DNA of 64,000 nucleotides from Dehalococcoidia bacterium (GCA_963667465.2 CAXXDN010000002.1:1504001-1568000); one strand, 5' to 3'. Shown: positions 49,206 to 59,218, counted from the stretch's first letter. Notes: generated from the letters alone by a model not told the origin. Translations and numbers: made by a program.

Positions 49206-50492
49206 ATGCCGATGGACGCAGGAGCACTGGCGGGAATCCGCGTGCTGGAGTTCTCGCAGATCGTGGCCGGACCATACCTCGGCTGCATCCTCTCCGACCT
49301 CGGCGCCGAGGTGGTGAAGGTGGAGCGGCCGGGCGGCGACTTCCACCGCAACTGGGGCGCGGTCGTCCCCCACGAGGGCAAGCGCTTCCAGTCGCTCAAC
49401 CGCGGCAAGCGCAGCATCGTCATCGACATCGGCGAGCCGCGGGGCCGCGAGCTGATCCGCGAGCTCGTGAGCGGCTTCGACGTGGTGACCAACAATTTCC
49501 GCGCCAATATCGCCGAGCGCCTCGGCATCGACTTCGAGACGCTGCGCGAGGCGCGGCCGGACCTGATCTACTGCCAGATCAGCGGCTGGGGCACGACCGG
49601 ACCGATGCGCGACCTCGGCGCGAACGACCCCGTGATCTGCGCCTACTCCGGGCTCACCGTCGGCGACGGCAAGGTGTCCCCGGAGGGGGTGCCGCAAACC
49701 GTCTCCTGCTCGGTGATCGCGGACCATGGAGCCGGCCTCGCCGCCGCCGTCGGCATCGTCTCCGCCCTCTACCACCGCGAGCGCACGGGCGAGGGCCAGC
49801 GCATCGACACGGCGCTGCTGCAGGCCGCGCTCTCGATCCAGCCGACGCAGGTGATGCGCGAGCCCGTCGAGGACGCGACGTTCCGCGACCCGATGGTGGA
49901 GCGCATCCGCGAGGCGCGCGCCGCCGGCAAGCCGTACCCCGCCGTCCTGGAGGCGCGGCGCAACTCGCGACGCTCGGAGGCGGCCTGGCGCGGCTTCTCG
50001 CGCGCCTTCGCCACCAGCGACGGCGTCATCCAGCTCGGTGCGATCACCCCGCGCATCCGCGACACCGTGCGGCGCATCGCCGGCATCGAGGGCGATCGCA
50101 GCGACGACCCGGACTTCGACGTCGACGACCCCGCCAGCGCGGCATTCAACGACTACCGCGAGCAGACGATCGCCGCCTACCTCGCGGCGCGCAGCACGGC
50201 GGAACTGATCGAGGAGTTCAGCGCGGCCGGCGTGCCGATCGCGCCCGTCCAGGCGCCGGAGGAGCTCTCCGACGACCCACAGGTGCAGGCGGCCGGATTC
50301 ATGGCGCACCTCGATCACCCGTTGACCGGACCGCAGCAGGTGATGGGGCCGGTGCTGGACATGAGCGGCACGCCGACCCGCGTGCAGGGGCCCGCGCCAA
50401 TCCTCGGGGCGGACAGCGACGAGGTGCTGGCGGAGGCCGGCCTGACGCCCGCCGCGATCGAGTCGCTGCGCGCCGGCGGCGTGATCGAGTAG
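49206..50492 (+). CDS. Class III CoA-transferase (CaiB/BaiF)
   Basis: LAGIRVLEFSQIVAGP, LNRGKRS, IADHG. Confidence 0.9.
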   Translation: MPMDAGALAGIRVLEFSQIVAGPYLGCILSDLGAEVVKVERPGGDFHRNWGAVVPHEGKRFQSLNRGKRSIVIDIGEPRGRELIRELVSGFDVVTNNFRANIAERLGIDFETLREARPDLIYCQISGWGTTGPMRDLGANDPVICAYSGLTVGDGKVSPEGVPQTVSCSVIADHGAGLAAAVGIVSALYHRERTGEGQRIDTALLQAALSIQPTQVMREPVEDATFRDPMVERIREARAAGKPYPAVLEARRNSRRSEAAWRGFSRAFATSDGVIQLGAITPRIRDTVRRIAGIEGDRSDDPDFDVDDPASAAFNDYREQTIAAYLAARSTAELIEEFSAAGVPIAPVQAPEELSDDPQVQAAGFMAHLDHPLTGPQQVMGPVLDMSGTPTRVQGPAPILGADSDEVLAEAGLTPAAIESLRAGGVIE

Positions 50493-50505
50493 CGGGAGCG
50501 GCACG

Positions 50506-51303
50506 ATGAGCGAGCAGGACATCGCGTACGAGCTGCGCGACCGCATCGCCTGGATCACGATCAACCGCCCGGAGCGGCGCAACGCGCTGACCCGGCGCAA
50601 CATGAGTATCGACCTCCCGGACACCTGGCTGCGCTTCGAGGCCGACGAGGAGGCGCGCATCGCGATCATCAGCGGCGCCGGCGAGTTCGCCTTCTGCGCC
50701 GGGATGGACGTGAAGGAGCGCGCCGGGGCCTTCGCGCGCAGCGCCGACGGCGGGGCCTCCGAGCAGACCCGCGAGACGCGTGTCTCGCCGCGCGCGAATG
50801 GCGTCACGAAGCCAGTGATCGGCGCCGTCAACGGCGTCTGCACCGGCGTCGGCATGCAGATCGTCGCCGACTGCGACCTGCTGATCGCCTCGGAGAACGC
50901 CTGGTTCAGCGACGCGCGCACGAGCGTTGGCCTGGTGCCGGCGCTGGGCGCGGCGGAGCTGGCGCGGGCGATGCCGCTGCACGAGGCGCTGCGCCTGATC
51001 TTCCTCGGACGCCACGGGCGGATGACGGCGGAGCGCGCCTACCAGGTCGGCTTCGTCGGCGAGCTGGTCCCGCCCGGCGAGCTGCGCGAGGCGGCCGGGC
51101 AGCTGGCGCGCACGGTGCTGCGCAACGCGCCGCACGCCGTGCGGCTGGCGAAGCAGGCGGTCTGGGAGAGCCTCGACCGCGGCCTCGCCGACGGCATGGC
51201 AAACGCCCGCGCGATCTCCGCGGCCAACCCGACGATCGAGGACGTGCGCGAGGGCGCGCGCTCCTTCGTCGAGCGCCGCGATCCGGACTGGAAGCTGCGC
51301 TGA
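50506..51303 (+). CDS. Enoyl-CoA hydratase/isomerase family protein
   Basis: ITINRPERRNAL, AFCAGMD, KPVIGAVNG. Confidence 0.92.
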   Translation: MSEQDIAYELRDRIAWITINRPERRNALTRRNMSIDLPDTWLRFEADEEARIAIISGAGEFAFCAGMDVKERAGAFARSADGGASEQTRETRVSPRANGVTKPVIGAVNGVCTGVGMQIVADCDLLIASENAWFSDARTSVGLVPALGAAELARAMPLHEALRLIFLGRHGRMTAERAYQVGFVGELVPPGELREAAGQLARTVLRNAPHAVRLAKQAVWESLDRGLADGMANARAISAANPTIEDVREGARSFVERRDPDWKLR

Positions 51304-51306
51304 GGG

Positions 51307-51597
51307 CTACGCAGCCGGGGCGGCCTCGCGGCGGGCGGTGGCGAGCGCATCCGCTTCGTCCCAGCCGGTGGCCGGGTCGATCGGCTCCGGGATCTCGTAG
51401 CCGTGCTCGAGCTGGAACTCGATCCAGAGGCTCATCGCCTCGCTGAGGCTGCGGTTCGCCTCGTCGGGCGTGTCACCCCCGCTGAAGCACCCTTCGAGTT
51501 CGAGCACGCGCGCGGACCAGCAGCCATTCTCGTCCGACTCGAGGATGCGGGCGTACGGCCGCTGCATGTAGTCGTCGACGTTCATGTCAGCACTCAC
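51307..51597 (-). CDS. HicB-like antitoxin (partial RNase H fold)
   Basis: ARVLELEGCFSGGDTPDEANRSLSEAM.LWIE..LEHGYEIPEP; 3' end of ORF 51307..52290; GTGA overlap at 51594-51597 (alternative ATG 51585). Confidence 0.82.
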   Translation of the reverse strand: MSADMNVDDYMQRPYARILESDENGCWSARVLELEGCFSGGDTPDEANRSLSEAMSLWIEFQLEHGYEIPEPIDPATGWDEADALATARREAAPAA

Positions 51598-52682
51598 GCC
51601 TTGCCGAGATGCTGGAGCAGAGCGTCCTCCCAGCGGAAATCGAACTCGCGGGTCTCGTGCAGGCCCTCGCGGCGGTACCACTCGTAGGTGTGCTCCACGG
51701 CGCGTGGGAACGTGTACTCCGGCTCGAAGCCGACGTCGCGGCGCAGCCTGTCGATGCTGAAGACGGCGCCCTGGTTCCAGCGATGGATGTACGGCGCGAG
51801 GCGCTGGATCAGCTGCTGCAGGAAGCGCAGGTTCTGGTGCGCGTCGGGGGTGCTCGAGCTCGCCGTGCGGATACTGCGATAGCTCGCCACGTCCGTCACG
51901 TCGAGGATCAGCTCGTCGTCGTAGAGCTGGTCCATGACGGCGGGCGGGATGAAGACCTTGCGCGCCTCGACGCCGGTGACCTCGGCGAAGGTGTCGACGT
52001 AGCCCTCGTCCGTCCAGGAGTCGCGGCCGGTGAGGTTGTAGCGCTTGCCGTAGGTGATCGGGCGCTGCATCAGCATGCGCAGTGCGCGTGCCTCGTCGTC
52101 GACGTGGCCGATCTGGCTGACGGTCGATCCGTCGCCGGGGATCAGCACCGGTCGCCCGGCGAGCAGGCGGCTGAACATGCGCTGCTCGCGCTCCGGGATG
52201 ATGTTGTTCGGCCCGAACACCATCGAGAACGGCACGATCGTCGCGGGGAAGCCGTTGCGGCGGTGCTCGTCCAGCAGCATCGCCTCGCACTCCAGCTTGT
52301 CGAGGCCGTACTGGCCCTGCTTCGAGGAGCGGTCGACAGGGAAGTCCTCGGTGATCGGGAGCACGCTGCTGGTCGCGTAGATCACGGTCGAGCTGGCGAA
52401 CACGTAGTGGCCGGTGCGGCCCCGGAAGATCTCGATCATCCCGCGCACGTCGTCCGGCGTGTAGGCGGAGATGTCGTAGATGCAGTCGAAGTCCTCGTTG
52501 GCGAAGACCTCGGCCATGCCGGCGTGGTCCGTGCGGTCGCCGAGCAGCCTGCGCACGCCGAGGGGGATCTCCGCCTCGGTGCGGCCGCGGTTGAAGATCG
52601 TCACCTCGTGGCCGTGCCGGGCCAGCTCGCGGACGAGCGCGAGCCCATTGAAGCGCGTGCCGCCCATGACCAGAACCCTCAT
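51594..52682 (-). CDS. NAD-dependent epimerase/dehydratase (atypical SDR)
   Basis: MRVLVMGGTRFNG, FNRG, YGLDK. Confidence 0.88.
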   Translation of the reverse strand: MRVLVMGGTRFNGLALVRELARHGHEVTIFNRGRTEAEIPLGVRRLLGDRTDHAGMAEVFANEDFDCIYDISAYTPDDVRGMIEIFRGRTGHYVFASSTVIYATSSVLPITEDFPVDRSSKQGQYGLDKLECEAMLLDEHRRNGFPATIVPFSMVFGPNNIIPEREQRMFSRLLAGRPVLIPGDGSTVSQIGHVDDEARALRMLMQRPITYGKRYNLTGRDSWTDEGYVDTFAEVTGVEARKVFIPPAVMDQLYDDELILDVTDVASYRSIRTASSSTPDAHQNLRFLQQLIQRLAPYIHRWNQGAVFSIDRLRRDVGFEPEYTFPRAVEHTYEWYRREGLHETREFDFRWEDALLQHLGKA

Positions 52683-52791
52683 TGCCCGCCCCTTCCGGCG
52701 CCCCGTTCGCGCAGCGGGCCGCACGCTACCACGGACGGCGGGCGGAGGCGCAGCGGGTGTACGCTCGCGCCGAGGCGAGGGGAGGCCCCCG

Positions 52792-53832
52792 GTGAGTTCG
52801 CGCGCCGTGAACCTCACGATCCTCGCCCTGCTGCTAGTCGAACTCGCGTCCGGGCTCGGCAGCTTCCTCGTCGGCAGGCCCGAGGGAGCCTGGGTGTTCT
52901 GGCTGCACGGCATCGGCGGGCTCTCGCTGGTCGTGCTGCTGATCTGGAAGTGGCGCATCGTGATGCGCTCGTTCGCGCGGCGCGGCGCGGGGCCGTGGTC
53001 GGTCGCGCCGGGCGCGCTGGGCGTGCTCTTCGTCGGCACGCTCGCGACGGGCAGCTGGTGGGCCGTGGCCGGACGGGGCAGCCTGCCCGCGCCGTTCTAC
53101 GGCGACATGCGCCCGCTGGTGCTGCACGCGATTCTCGCCTCCCTGCTCGTGCCGCCGTTCGCCCTCCACGCCGCGCTGCGCTGGCCGCGCGTGCGACACA
53201 CCGACTTCACCAGCCGCCGCGCCGTGCTGCGCCTGCTCGCCGTCGGCGCGGGAGGTTTCGTGTTCTGGCGCGGCCTCGCCCTCGCCTCGACGGTCTCGGC
53301 CGGCCCCGACCGGCGCTTCACCGGCTCGCGCGAGGAGGCAAGCTTCGAGGGCAACGCATACCCGGTCACCAACTGGCTCAGCGACTCGCGGCAGCGCATC
53401 GCCGCCGACGCCTGGCGGCTCGAGCTGCGCGGCGCGGTCTCCGCACCGTACGTGCTCGGCTATCGTGAGCTGGGCGAGCTGCCGCAGCAGTCGCTGCGCG
53501 CCACGCTGGACTGCACCGGCGGCTGGTACACCCGGCAGGACTGGAGCGGCGTCCCGCTTTCCTCGCTGCTCGCGCGCGCCGGTGTCTCCGGGGAGGCGCA
53601 GAGCGTCCGGGCGATCTCCGCCACCGGCTACAGCCGGCGCTTCGGCCTCGGCGAGGCGGAGAGGCTGCTGCTGGCGACGCACGTGGGCGGCGATCGGCTG
53701 AGCACGGGGCATGGCTTCCCCGTGCGGCTGGTCGCCCCGGGACGGCGCGGCTATCACTGGGTGAAGTGGGTCGAGCGCATCGAGGTGAGCGAGCGCCCCG
53801 CCTGGTGGCAGCCGCCGCTGCCGCTGCAGTAG
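52792..53832 (+). CDS. Membrane-anchored sulfite-oxidase-family molybdoenzyme with N-terminal cytochrome-b-like domain
   Basis: Four TM helices with His residues, SRRAVL, LDCTGGW Mo-ligand Cys, HGFPVRLVAPGRRGYHWVKWV. Confidence 0.85.
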   Translation: MSSRAVNLTILALLLVELASGLGSFLVGRPEGAWVFWLHGIGGLSLVVLLIWKWRIVMRSFARRGAGPWSVAPGALGVLFVGTLATGSWWAVAGRGSLPAPFYGDMRPLVLHAILASLLVPPFALHAALRWPRVRHTDFTSRRAVLRLLAVGAGGFVFWRGLALASTVSAGPDRRFTGSREEASFEGNAYPVTNWLSDSRQRIAADAWRLELRGAVSAPYVLGYRELGELPQQSLRATLDCTGGWYTRQDWSGVPLSSLLARAGVSGEAQSVRAISATGYSRRFGLGEAERLLLATHVGGDRLSTGHGFPVRLVAPGRRGYHWVKWVERIEVSERPAWWQPPLPLQ

Positions 53833-53848
53833 CGAGGGGAGGGCCCGC

Positions 53849-54406
53849 ATGCACGCAGCACGCAGCCGCACTGCCCTCAGCCTGGCCGCCCTCAGCCGGA
53901 CCGCCCTCAGCCGGACCGCCCTCAGCCGGACCGCCCTCAGCCGGACCGCCCTCACCCGCGCTGCCCTCAGCCGGACCGCCCTCAGCCTGGCTGCCCTCAG
54001 CCGGACCGCCCTCAGCCGAACCGCACTGGCCCTCGCATGTCTCGCGCTGCTGTTCGGCGCGTGCGGGGACGGCGGGGAGCAGGCGGCGCGGGACGGCAAC
54101 GGCGGATCGGGGGCGAGCAGCTCCGAGCTCGCGGAGCTGGAGCTGGCACTCGCCACGCTCAATGCCCGCCTCACGCGCCTCGAGGACGCCGTTGAGGAGC
54201 TGACGCTCCTCCTCGGGGGCGACACTACGCTGCTCGGCGACCTGCCAGAGCTGCTGGAGGAGCTGCGACTGAGCAGCGCCCTCTTCAAGGTCGCCTTCCG
54301 GCGGCTCGACGCCCTCGAATCCACCGAGTCGGACGAGGATCCCTGCGAGGCCATCGGGTACGCCTTCTGCCCCGAGGATCCCCAGCGCCTCCCCTACGCG
54401 CAGTAG
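53849..54406 (+). CDS. Putative lipoprotein with pentapeptide-repeat-expanded N-terminus and coiled coil
   Basis: GGAGG RBS, (SRTAL)n, hydrophobic stretch, LFGAC lipobox, leucine-zipper-like segment. Confidence 0.6.
   Translation: MHAARSRTALSLAALSRTALSRTALSRTALSRTALTRAALSRTALSLAALSRTALSRTALALACLALLFGACGDGGEQAARDGNGGSGASSSELAELELALATLNARLTRLEDAVEELTLLLGGDTTLLGDLPELLEELRLSSALFKVAFRRLDALESTESDEDPCEAIGYAFCPEDPQRLPYAQ
53864..54028 (+). repeat. 15-bp tandem repeat, 11 units (AGCCGGACCGCCCTC)
   Basis: Directly visible; no spacers; encodes SRTAL/SLAAL/TRAAL. Confidence 0.95.
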
Positions 54407-54456
54407 CCAAACCGGCCTCGCAGGTCCGTAGCGCAGGCCGCGGCTAGACTCGCCGG

Positions 54457-55389
54457 ATGGCAAGCGATGCGGCGATCACGGTGCACGGCCTGCGCAAGGA
54501 CTACGGCGCGATCGAGGCCGTGCGCGGGGTCGATCTCGAGATCGCACGCGGTGAGGTCTACGCGCTGCTCGGTCCGAACGGCGCCGGCAAGACGACGACC
54601 GTCGAGATCCTCGAGGGCCACCGCGACCGAGACGGCGGCGAGGTCAGCGTGCTGGGCCACGACCCGGCGCGGCACGAGCAGACGCTGCGCGAGCGCATCG
54701 GCATCGTGCTGCAGACCACGGGCGTCGAGCCGTACCTCAAGGTGGCCGAGGCGATCGAGCAGTACCGCGGCTACTACCCGCAGCCCCGCCCGCTCGACGA
54801 GATCATCGAGATCGTCGGGCTCGGCGAGCAGCGCGACCAGCGCGTACGCAGGCTCTCCGGCGGCCAGCAGCGCCGCCTCGATGTCGCGATCGCCCTCGCC
54901 GGCGACCCGGAGCTGCTGTTCCTGGACGAGCCAACGACGGGCTTCGACCCGGCCGCGCGCCGCCAAGCCTGGGACATGGTGCGCAACCTGCGCTCCTCCG
55001 GCGCAACGGTGCTGCTGACCACGCACTACATGGATGAGGCCGAGCACCTGGCCGACCGCGTCGGCGTGATCGTCAACGGCGCGATCGTCGCCGAGGGCTC
55101 GCCCGCCGAGTTGATGGGGCAGGGCGCCGCCGCCGCCATTTCCTTCCACCTGCCCGAGGGCCACGCCGCCATCCTCGACGGCATCGAGGGCGCGCGCGAC
55201 GACGGCCACGGCGGATACGAACTGCGCGGCGACTCACCCACCGAGCTGCTGCACGAGCTGACCGGGCGGGCGCTCGCCGCCGGCATCGAGCTCGCCGATC
55301 TGCGCGTGGAGCGCGCGACGCTGGAGGACGTGTACCTCGGTCTGACCTCGGGCGTTGGCCCGGACGACGAGACCGGAGCGCCGGTGTGA
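54457..55389 (+). CDS. ABC-2 type exporter ATP-binding protein
   Basis: GPNGAGKTT, LSGGQ, LFLDEPT, TTH. Confidence 0.95.
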   Translation: MASDAAITVHGLRKDYGAIEAVRGVDLEIARGEVYALLGPNGAGKTTTVEILEGHRDRDGGEVSVLGHDPARHEQTLRERIGIVLQTTGVEPYLKVAEAIEQYRGYYPQPRPLDEIIEIVGLGEQRDQRVRRLSGGQQRRLDVAIALAGDPELLFLDEPTTGFDPAARRQAWDMVRNLRSSGATVLLTTHYMDEAEHLADRVGVIVNGAIVAEGSPAELMGQGAAAAISFHLPEGHAAILDGIEGARDDGHGGYELRGDSPTELLHELTGRALAAGIELADLRVERATLEDVYLGLTSGVGPDDETGAPV

Positions 55390-56162
55390 CCGGCGCGCGG
55401 CTCCTGATCCGCCAGCTCCGCTACGAGCGGCTGGCCTTCACGCGCAACCCGGCGGCCGCCTTCTTCACATTCTTTTTCCCGCTGATCTTCCTCGTGATCT
55501 TCAACCTGATCTTCGGCAACGAGCCGATCGACCTCGAAGGCGGCACCACGAACACCTCGACCTTCTACATCCCGGCGATCGCCGCGTTCAGCGTGATCAA
55601 CGCCTGCTACACGGGACTCGCAATGTCGATCTCGTTCGCGCGCGACCAGGGGCAGCTCAAGCGAATCGCCGGCACGCCGCTGCCGAAGGCCGCGTACCTC
55701 GGGGCGAAGGTGCTGTTCATGACAGTGATCGCGATGCTGCTCGTGATCGTCGTGACCGCGTTCGGCCTCGTCTTCTACAGCGTCGACGCGCCGACCAGCA
55801 CGCTGCCGGCGTTCCTGCTCTCGCTCGTCATCGGCGCGGCCGCCTTCGCCGCGCTCGGGCTCGCGACGACGGCGTTCATCCCCAACAGCGAGGCCGCCCC
55901 GGCCGTCGTCAATGCGATCATCCTGCCGCTGCTGTTCGTCTCGGACGTGTTCATCCCGCTGCGGGACAACGCCCCGGCCTGGCTCGGCCTGGCCGGCGAT
56001 GTGTTCCCCGTGAAGCATCTCTCGATCGCGCTCCAGACGGCGTTCAACCCGTTCGAGGAGGGGTCCGGTCTGGAGCTCGGGAACCTCGCGGTGATCGCCG
56101 CCTGGGGCATCGCGGGGGCGATTGTGGCCGTGCGGCGCTTCCGCTGGGAGCCCTCACGCTAG
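55386..56162 (+). CDS. ABC-2 type exporter permease
   Basis: About six TM helices, GTGA overlap with ATPase, C-terminal RRFRWE. Confidence 0.9.
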   Translation: MTGARLLIRQLRYERLAFTRNPAAAFFTFFFPLIFLVIFNLIFGNEPIDLEGGTTNTSTFYIPAIAAFSVINACYTGLAMSISFARDQGQLKRIAGTPLPKAAYLGAKVLFMTVIAMLLVIVVTAFGLVFYSVDAPTSTLPAFLLSLVIGAAAFAALGLATTAFIPNSEAAPAVVNAIILPLLFVSDVFIPLRDNAPAWLGLAGDVFPVKHLSIALQTAFNPFEEGSGLELGNLAVIAAWGIAGAIVAVRRFRWEPSR

Positions 56163-56233
56163 CCACACCCGGCGCCGGACGCCGCTACACTGCGCCGCGA
56201 GGCCGCTCTGCCTCGCGTGTCAGGGGGTGACCG

Positions 56234-56644
56234 ATGGCGACACCGGACGAACTGCGGGAACAGATCGCGGAGGGGCGCGCCGCCTTCCGGGCCGCCCTCG
56301 AGGGCGCCGCCGACGCCTGGGAGGGCCAGCCCGAGGGCGACGAGTGGACGCGGCGCGAGACCGCCGAGCACACGATCAGCGTCGACTACGCCTTCGCCAA
56401 CTGGGGCGTCAGCCTCAGCTCCGGCGAGCAGGCGAGCATCGAGCGCGCTGAGCTGTCGCTCGCCAGCGCCGCCGAGGCCCTCGAGGCGTTCGCCGCCTCC
56501 AGCGCGCACTCGGACGCCGCCTGGGCGGACGTGACGGCCGAGCAGCTCGAGCAGGAGCTGCGGCCGGGCATGAACGGCGAGCGCGGGATGAGCCTCGTGG
56601 GACTGCACCTTCAGGAGCACGCCCAGCAGATCGCCGCAAGCTGA
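56234..56644 (+). CDS. DinB-like four-helix protein
   Basis: EWTRRETAEH and HLQEHAQQI His pattern. Confidence 0.65.
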   Translation: MATPDELREQIAEGRAAFRAALEGAADAWEGQPEGDEWTRRETAEHTISVDYAFANWGVSLSSGEQASIERAELSLASAAEALEAFAASSAHSDAAWADVTAEQLEQELRPGMNGERGMSLVGLHLQEHAQQIAAS

Positions 56645-56763
56645 GCGAGTAGCCGGGGCCGATGGCGCTCGTTCGCCGCTCTCCCGCTACCATGGCGGCG
56701 GCGACGCGGCGAGGGAGCCCGCGCGCCCGACTGGTACGTACGGATTGGTAGAGGAGCAGGCGC

Positions 56764-57975
56764 ATGCGCGAGGCCGTGATCTGTAACCCGCTGCGAACCC
56801 CCGTGGGGCGCTACGGCGGCGTCTTCCGGGACATCGACGTGACGACGCTGGCGGCGACCGTCATCGAGGCGCTGCTTGAGCGCACCGAGCTCGACCCCGC
56901 GGCGATCGACGACGTGGTGTTCGGGCAGTGCTACCCGAGCGGTGAGGCGCCCGCGGTGGGCCGCGTCGCGGCGCTGCACGCCGGGCTGCCCGTCGAGACG
57001 CCGGGCCTGCAACTCGATCGCCGCTGCGGCTCCGGCCTGCAGGCGATCTGCTACGCCGCGATGCAGGTCCAGACCGGCGTCTCGGACGTCGTCCTCGCGG
57101 GCGGCGCGGAGAGCATGAGCACCGTCGAGTTCTACTCGAGCGCGCCGCGCTGGGGCCCGAACAACGGCGCGATCGAACTGCACGACCGCCTCGCGCGGGC
57201 GCGCGTGACCGCGGGCAGCTACCGCCACCCGGTGCCCGGCGGCATGATCGAGACCGCCGAGAACGTGCGCCGCGAGTACGGCATCCCGCGCGAGGAGCAG
57301 GACGCCCTCGCGCTGCGCTCGCACCAGCGCGCCGTCGCCGCGCAGGACGAGGGCCGCTTCGACGCGGAGATCGTGCCCGTGGCCGTCCCGCAGCGCCGCG
57401 GCGACCCGGTGATCGTCGGCACGGACGAGCACCCGCGGCGCGACACCTCGCTGGAATCGCTCGCGCGGCTGCGCGCCGTCTACTCCGCGGACGACCCCGA
57501 GTCGACCGTGACAGCGGGCAACGCGAGCGGCCAGAACGACGCCGCCGCGGTCTGCATCGTGACCACGCCCGAGCGGGCCGCCGACCTCGGCCTCACGGCG
57601 ATGGGCAAGCTGCGCGGCTGGTCGGTCGCCGGCGTGCCGCCGAAGCTGATGGGCATGGGCCCTGTCCCGGCCGCTAAGAAGGCCTTCGATCAGGTCGGCA
57701 TGGACTTCGGCGACATGGACCTCATCGAGCTCAACGAGGCGTTCGCAGCCCAGGTGCTCGGCGTCACGCGCGAGTGGGGCCTGAGCGACTCCGACTGGGA
57801 CCGCGTCAACGTGAACGGCTCCGGGATCTCCATCGGCCACCCCGTCGGCGCGACCGGCGTGCGGATCATGGCGACGCTGCTCCACGAGATGGAGCGCAAC
57901 GACGCCGAGATCGGCCTCGAGACGATGTGCATCGGCGGCGGCCAGGGCATGGCCGCCGTGATCGAGCGCTGCTAG
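56764..57975 (+). CDS. Acetyl-CoA C-acyltransferase (thiolase)
   Basis: RRCGSG, NEAFA, GHPVGATG, MCIGGGQG. Confidence 0.96.
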   Translation: MREAVICNPLRTPVGRYGGVFRDIDVTTLAATVIEALLERTELDPAAIDDVVFGQCYPSGEAPAVGRVAALHAGLPVETPGLQLDRRCGSGLQAICYAAMQVQTGVSDVVLAGGAESMSTVEFYSSAPRWGPNNGAIELHDRLARARVTAGSYRHPVPGGMIETAENVRREYGIPREEQDALALRSHQRAVAAQDEGRFDAEIVPVAVPQRRGDPVIVGTDEHPRRDTSLESLARLRAVYSADDPESTVTAGNASGQNDAAAVCIVTTPERAADLGLTAMGKLRGWSVAGVPPKLMGMGPVPAAKKAFDQVGMDFGDMDLIELNEAFAAQVLGVTREWGLSDSDWDRVNVNGSGISIGHPVGATGVRIMATLLHEMERNDAEIGLETMCIGGGQGMAAVIERC

Positions 57976-57979
57976 CACG

Positions 57980-59218
57980 ATGGCCGTCGAACAGGTCGCA
58001 ATCTTCGGCGCCGGCACGATGGGCGCAGGCATCGCCCAGGTGGCGGTGACGCACGGCTGCACCGTGCGGCTGATCGACACGCAGCCCGGCGCCGTCGAGC
58101 GCGCCCGCGAGTCCGTGGGCGCGCGCCTCCAGCGCCAGGTCGACCGCGGCGCGATGTCCGCGGAGGAGCACGCCGCCGTCCTCGCACGCCTTGTCGAGGG
58201 CTCCATCGACGACCTCGAGGGCGTCGAACTCATCGTCGAGGCGGTGGTCGAGGAGCTCGACGCCAAGCAGGCGCTGTTCGCGCAGCTCGACGCGGCCGCC
58301 CCCGCCGACGCGGTGCTGGCGACCAATACCTCGTCGCTCGCCGTCGGCGCGATCGCGAGCCCGCTGCGCAACCCCTCGCGCGTGGTCGGGATGCACTTCT
58401 TCAACCCCGCGCCGGTGATGGCGCTCGTGGAGGTCGTGGCCGCCGAGGCGACGAGCGACGCCGCCGCCGGCCTGGTGGCGGAGACGGCGAGCGCCTGGGG
58501 CAAGGTGGCCGCCCGCACTGCGGACGCGCCCGGCTTCATCGTCAACCGCGTCGCCCGCAGCTCCTACGTCGAGGCCTTCCGGATGCTCGACGAGGGCGTC
58601 GGCGGGCCGGACGTGATCGACGGCGCGATGCGCAAGCTGGGGCAGTTCCGCATGGGCCCGATGCAGGTCGCCGACCTCGTCGGACTCGAGGTCAACTACG
58701 CGGTCACGGTCTCCGTCTTCGAGCGCTCCGGCCAGCCCGCCCGCTTCGAGCCGCCGGCCGCGCAGGCCCGCCTCGTCGAGGACGGCCAGCTCGGCCGCAA
58801 GACCGGCAGCGGCGTCTACGACTACGGCAGCGACCCGCCCGGCGAGAACGCCGGCGGCGAGGGCTCGCCGCTGGATCTCTCACCGGAGCTCACGGCCGCC
58901 GTCGACGCCTTCGTCGAGGCGGCCGCGCTGTGCGACCCCGAGGCGCTCGCGCAGGCGAGCGCGGCGGAGCGCTACGCCTTCGCGCGGATCCTCGGCTCGG
59001 TGCTGAACGAGGCCGCGCGCGCCCTCGGCGACGGCGCGGCCAGCGCCGAGGACATCGACGCGGCAATGCAGCACGCGACGAACTACCCGCGCGGCCCGGT
59101 GACGTGGGGGCAAGACGTCGGCTACGCAACGCTGGCGCGGCTGCTCTCCGCCCTCGACGCCGCCCGCGACGACGACAGCTACGCGCCCGCGCCGCTGATC
59201 GCGGAGGCGGGCGAGTAG
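57980..59218 (+). CDS. 3-hydroxyacyl-CoA dehydrogenase (PaaH-like, duplicated C-domain)
   Basis: GAGTMGAGIA, EAVVE, TNTSSL, GMHFFNP, PGFIVNR, NYPRGP. Confidence 0.93.
   Translation: MAVEQVAIFGAGTMGAGIAQVAVTHGCTVRLIDTQPGAVERARESVGARLQRQVDRGAMSAEEHAAVLARLVEGSIDDLEGVELIVEAVVEELDAKQALFAQLDAAAPADAVLATNTSSLAVGAIASPLRNPSRVVGMHFFNPAPVMALVEVVAAEATSDAAAGLVAETASAWGKVAARTADAPGFIVNRVARSSYVEAFRMLDEGVGGPDVIDGAMRKLGQFRMGPMQVADLVGLEVNYAVTVSVFERSGQPARFEPPAAQARLVEDGQLGRKTGSGVYDYGSDPPGENAGGEGSPLDLSPELTAAVDAFVEAAALCDPEALAQASAAERYAFARILGSVLNEAARALGDGAASAEDIDAAMQHATNYPRGPVTWGQDVGYATLARLLSALDAARDDDSYAPAPLIAEAGE

Noticed and set aside
53864-54028. Possible CRISPR array
   Set aside because: Contiguous 15-bp units with no spacers, in frame in a CDS, and no cas genes
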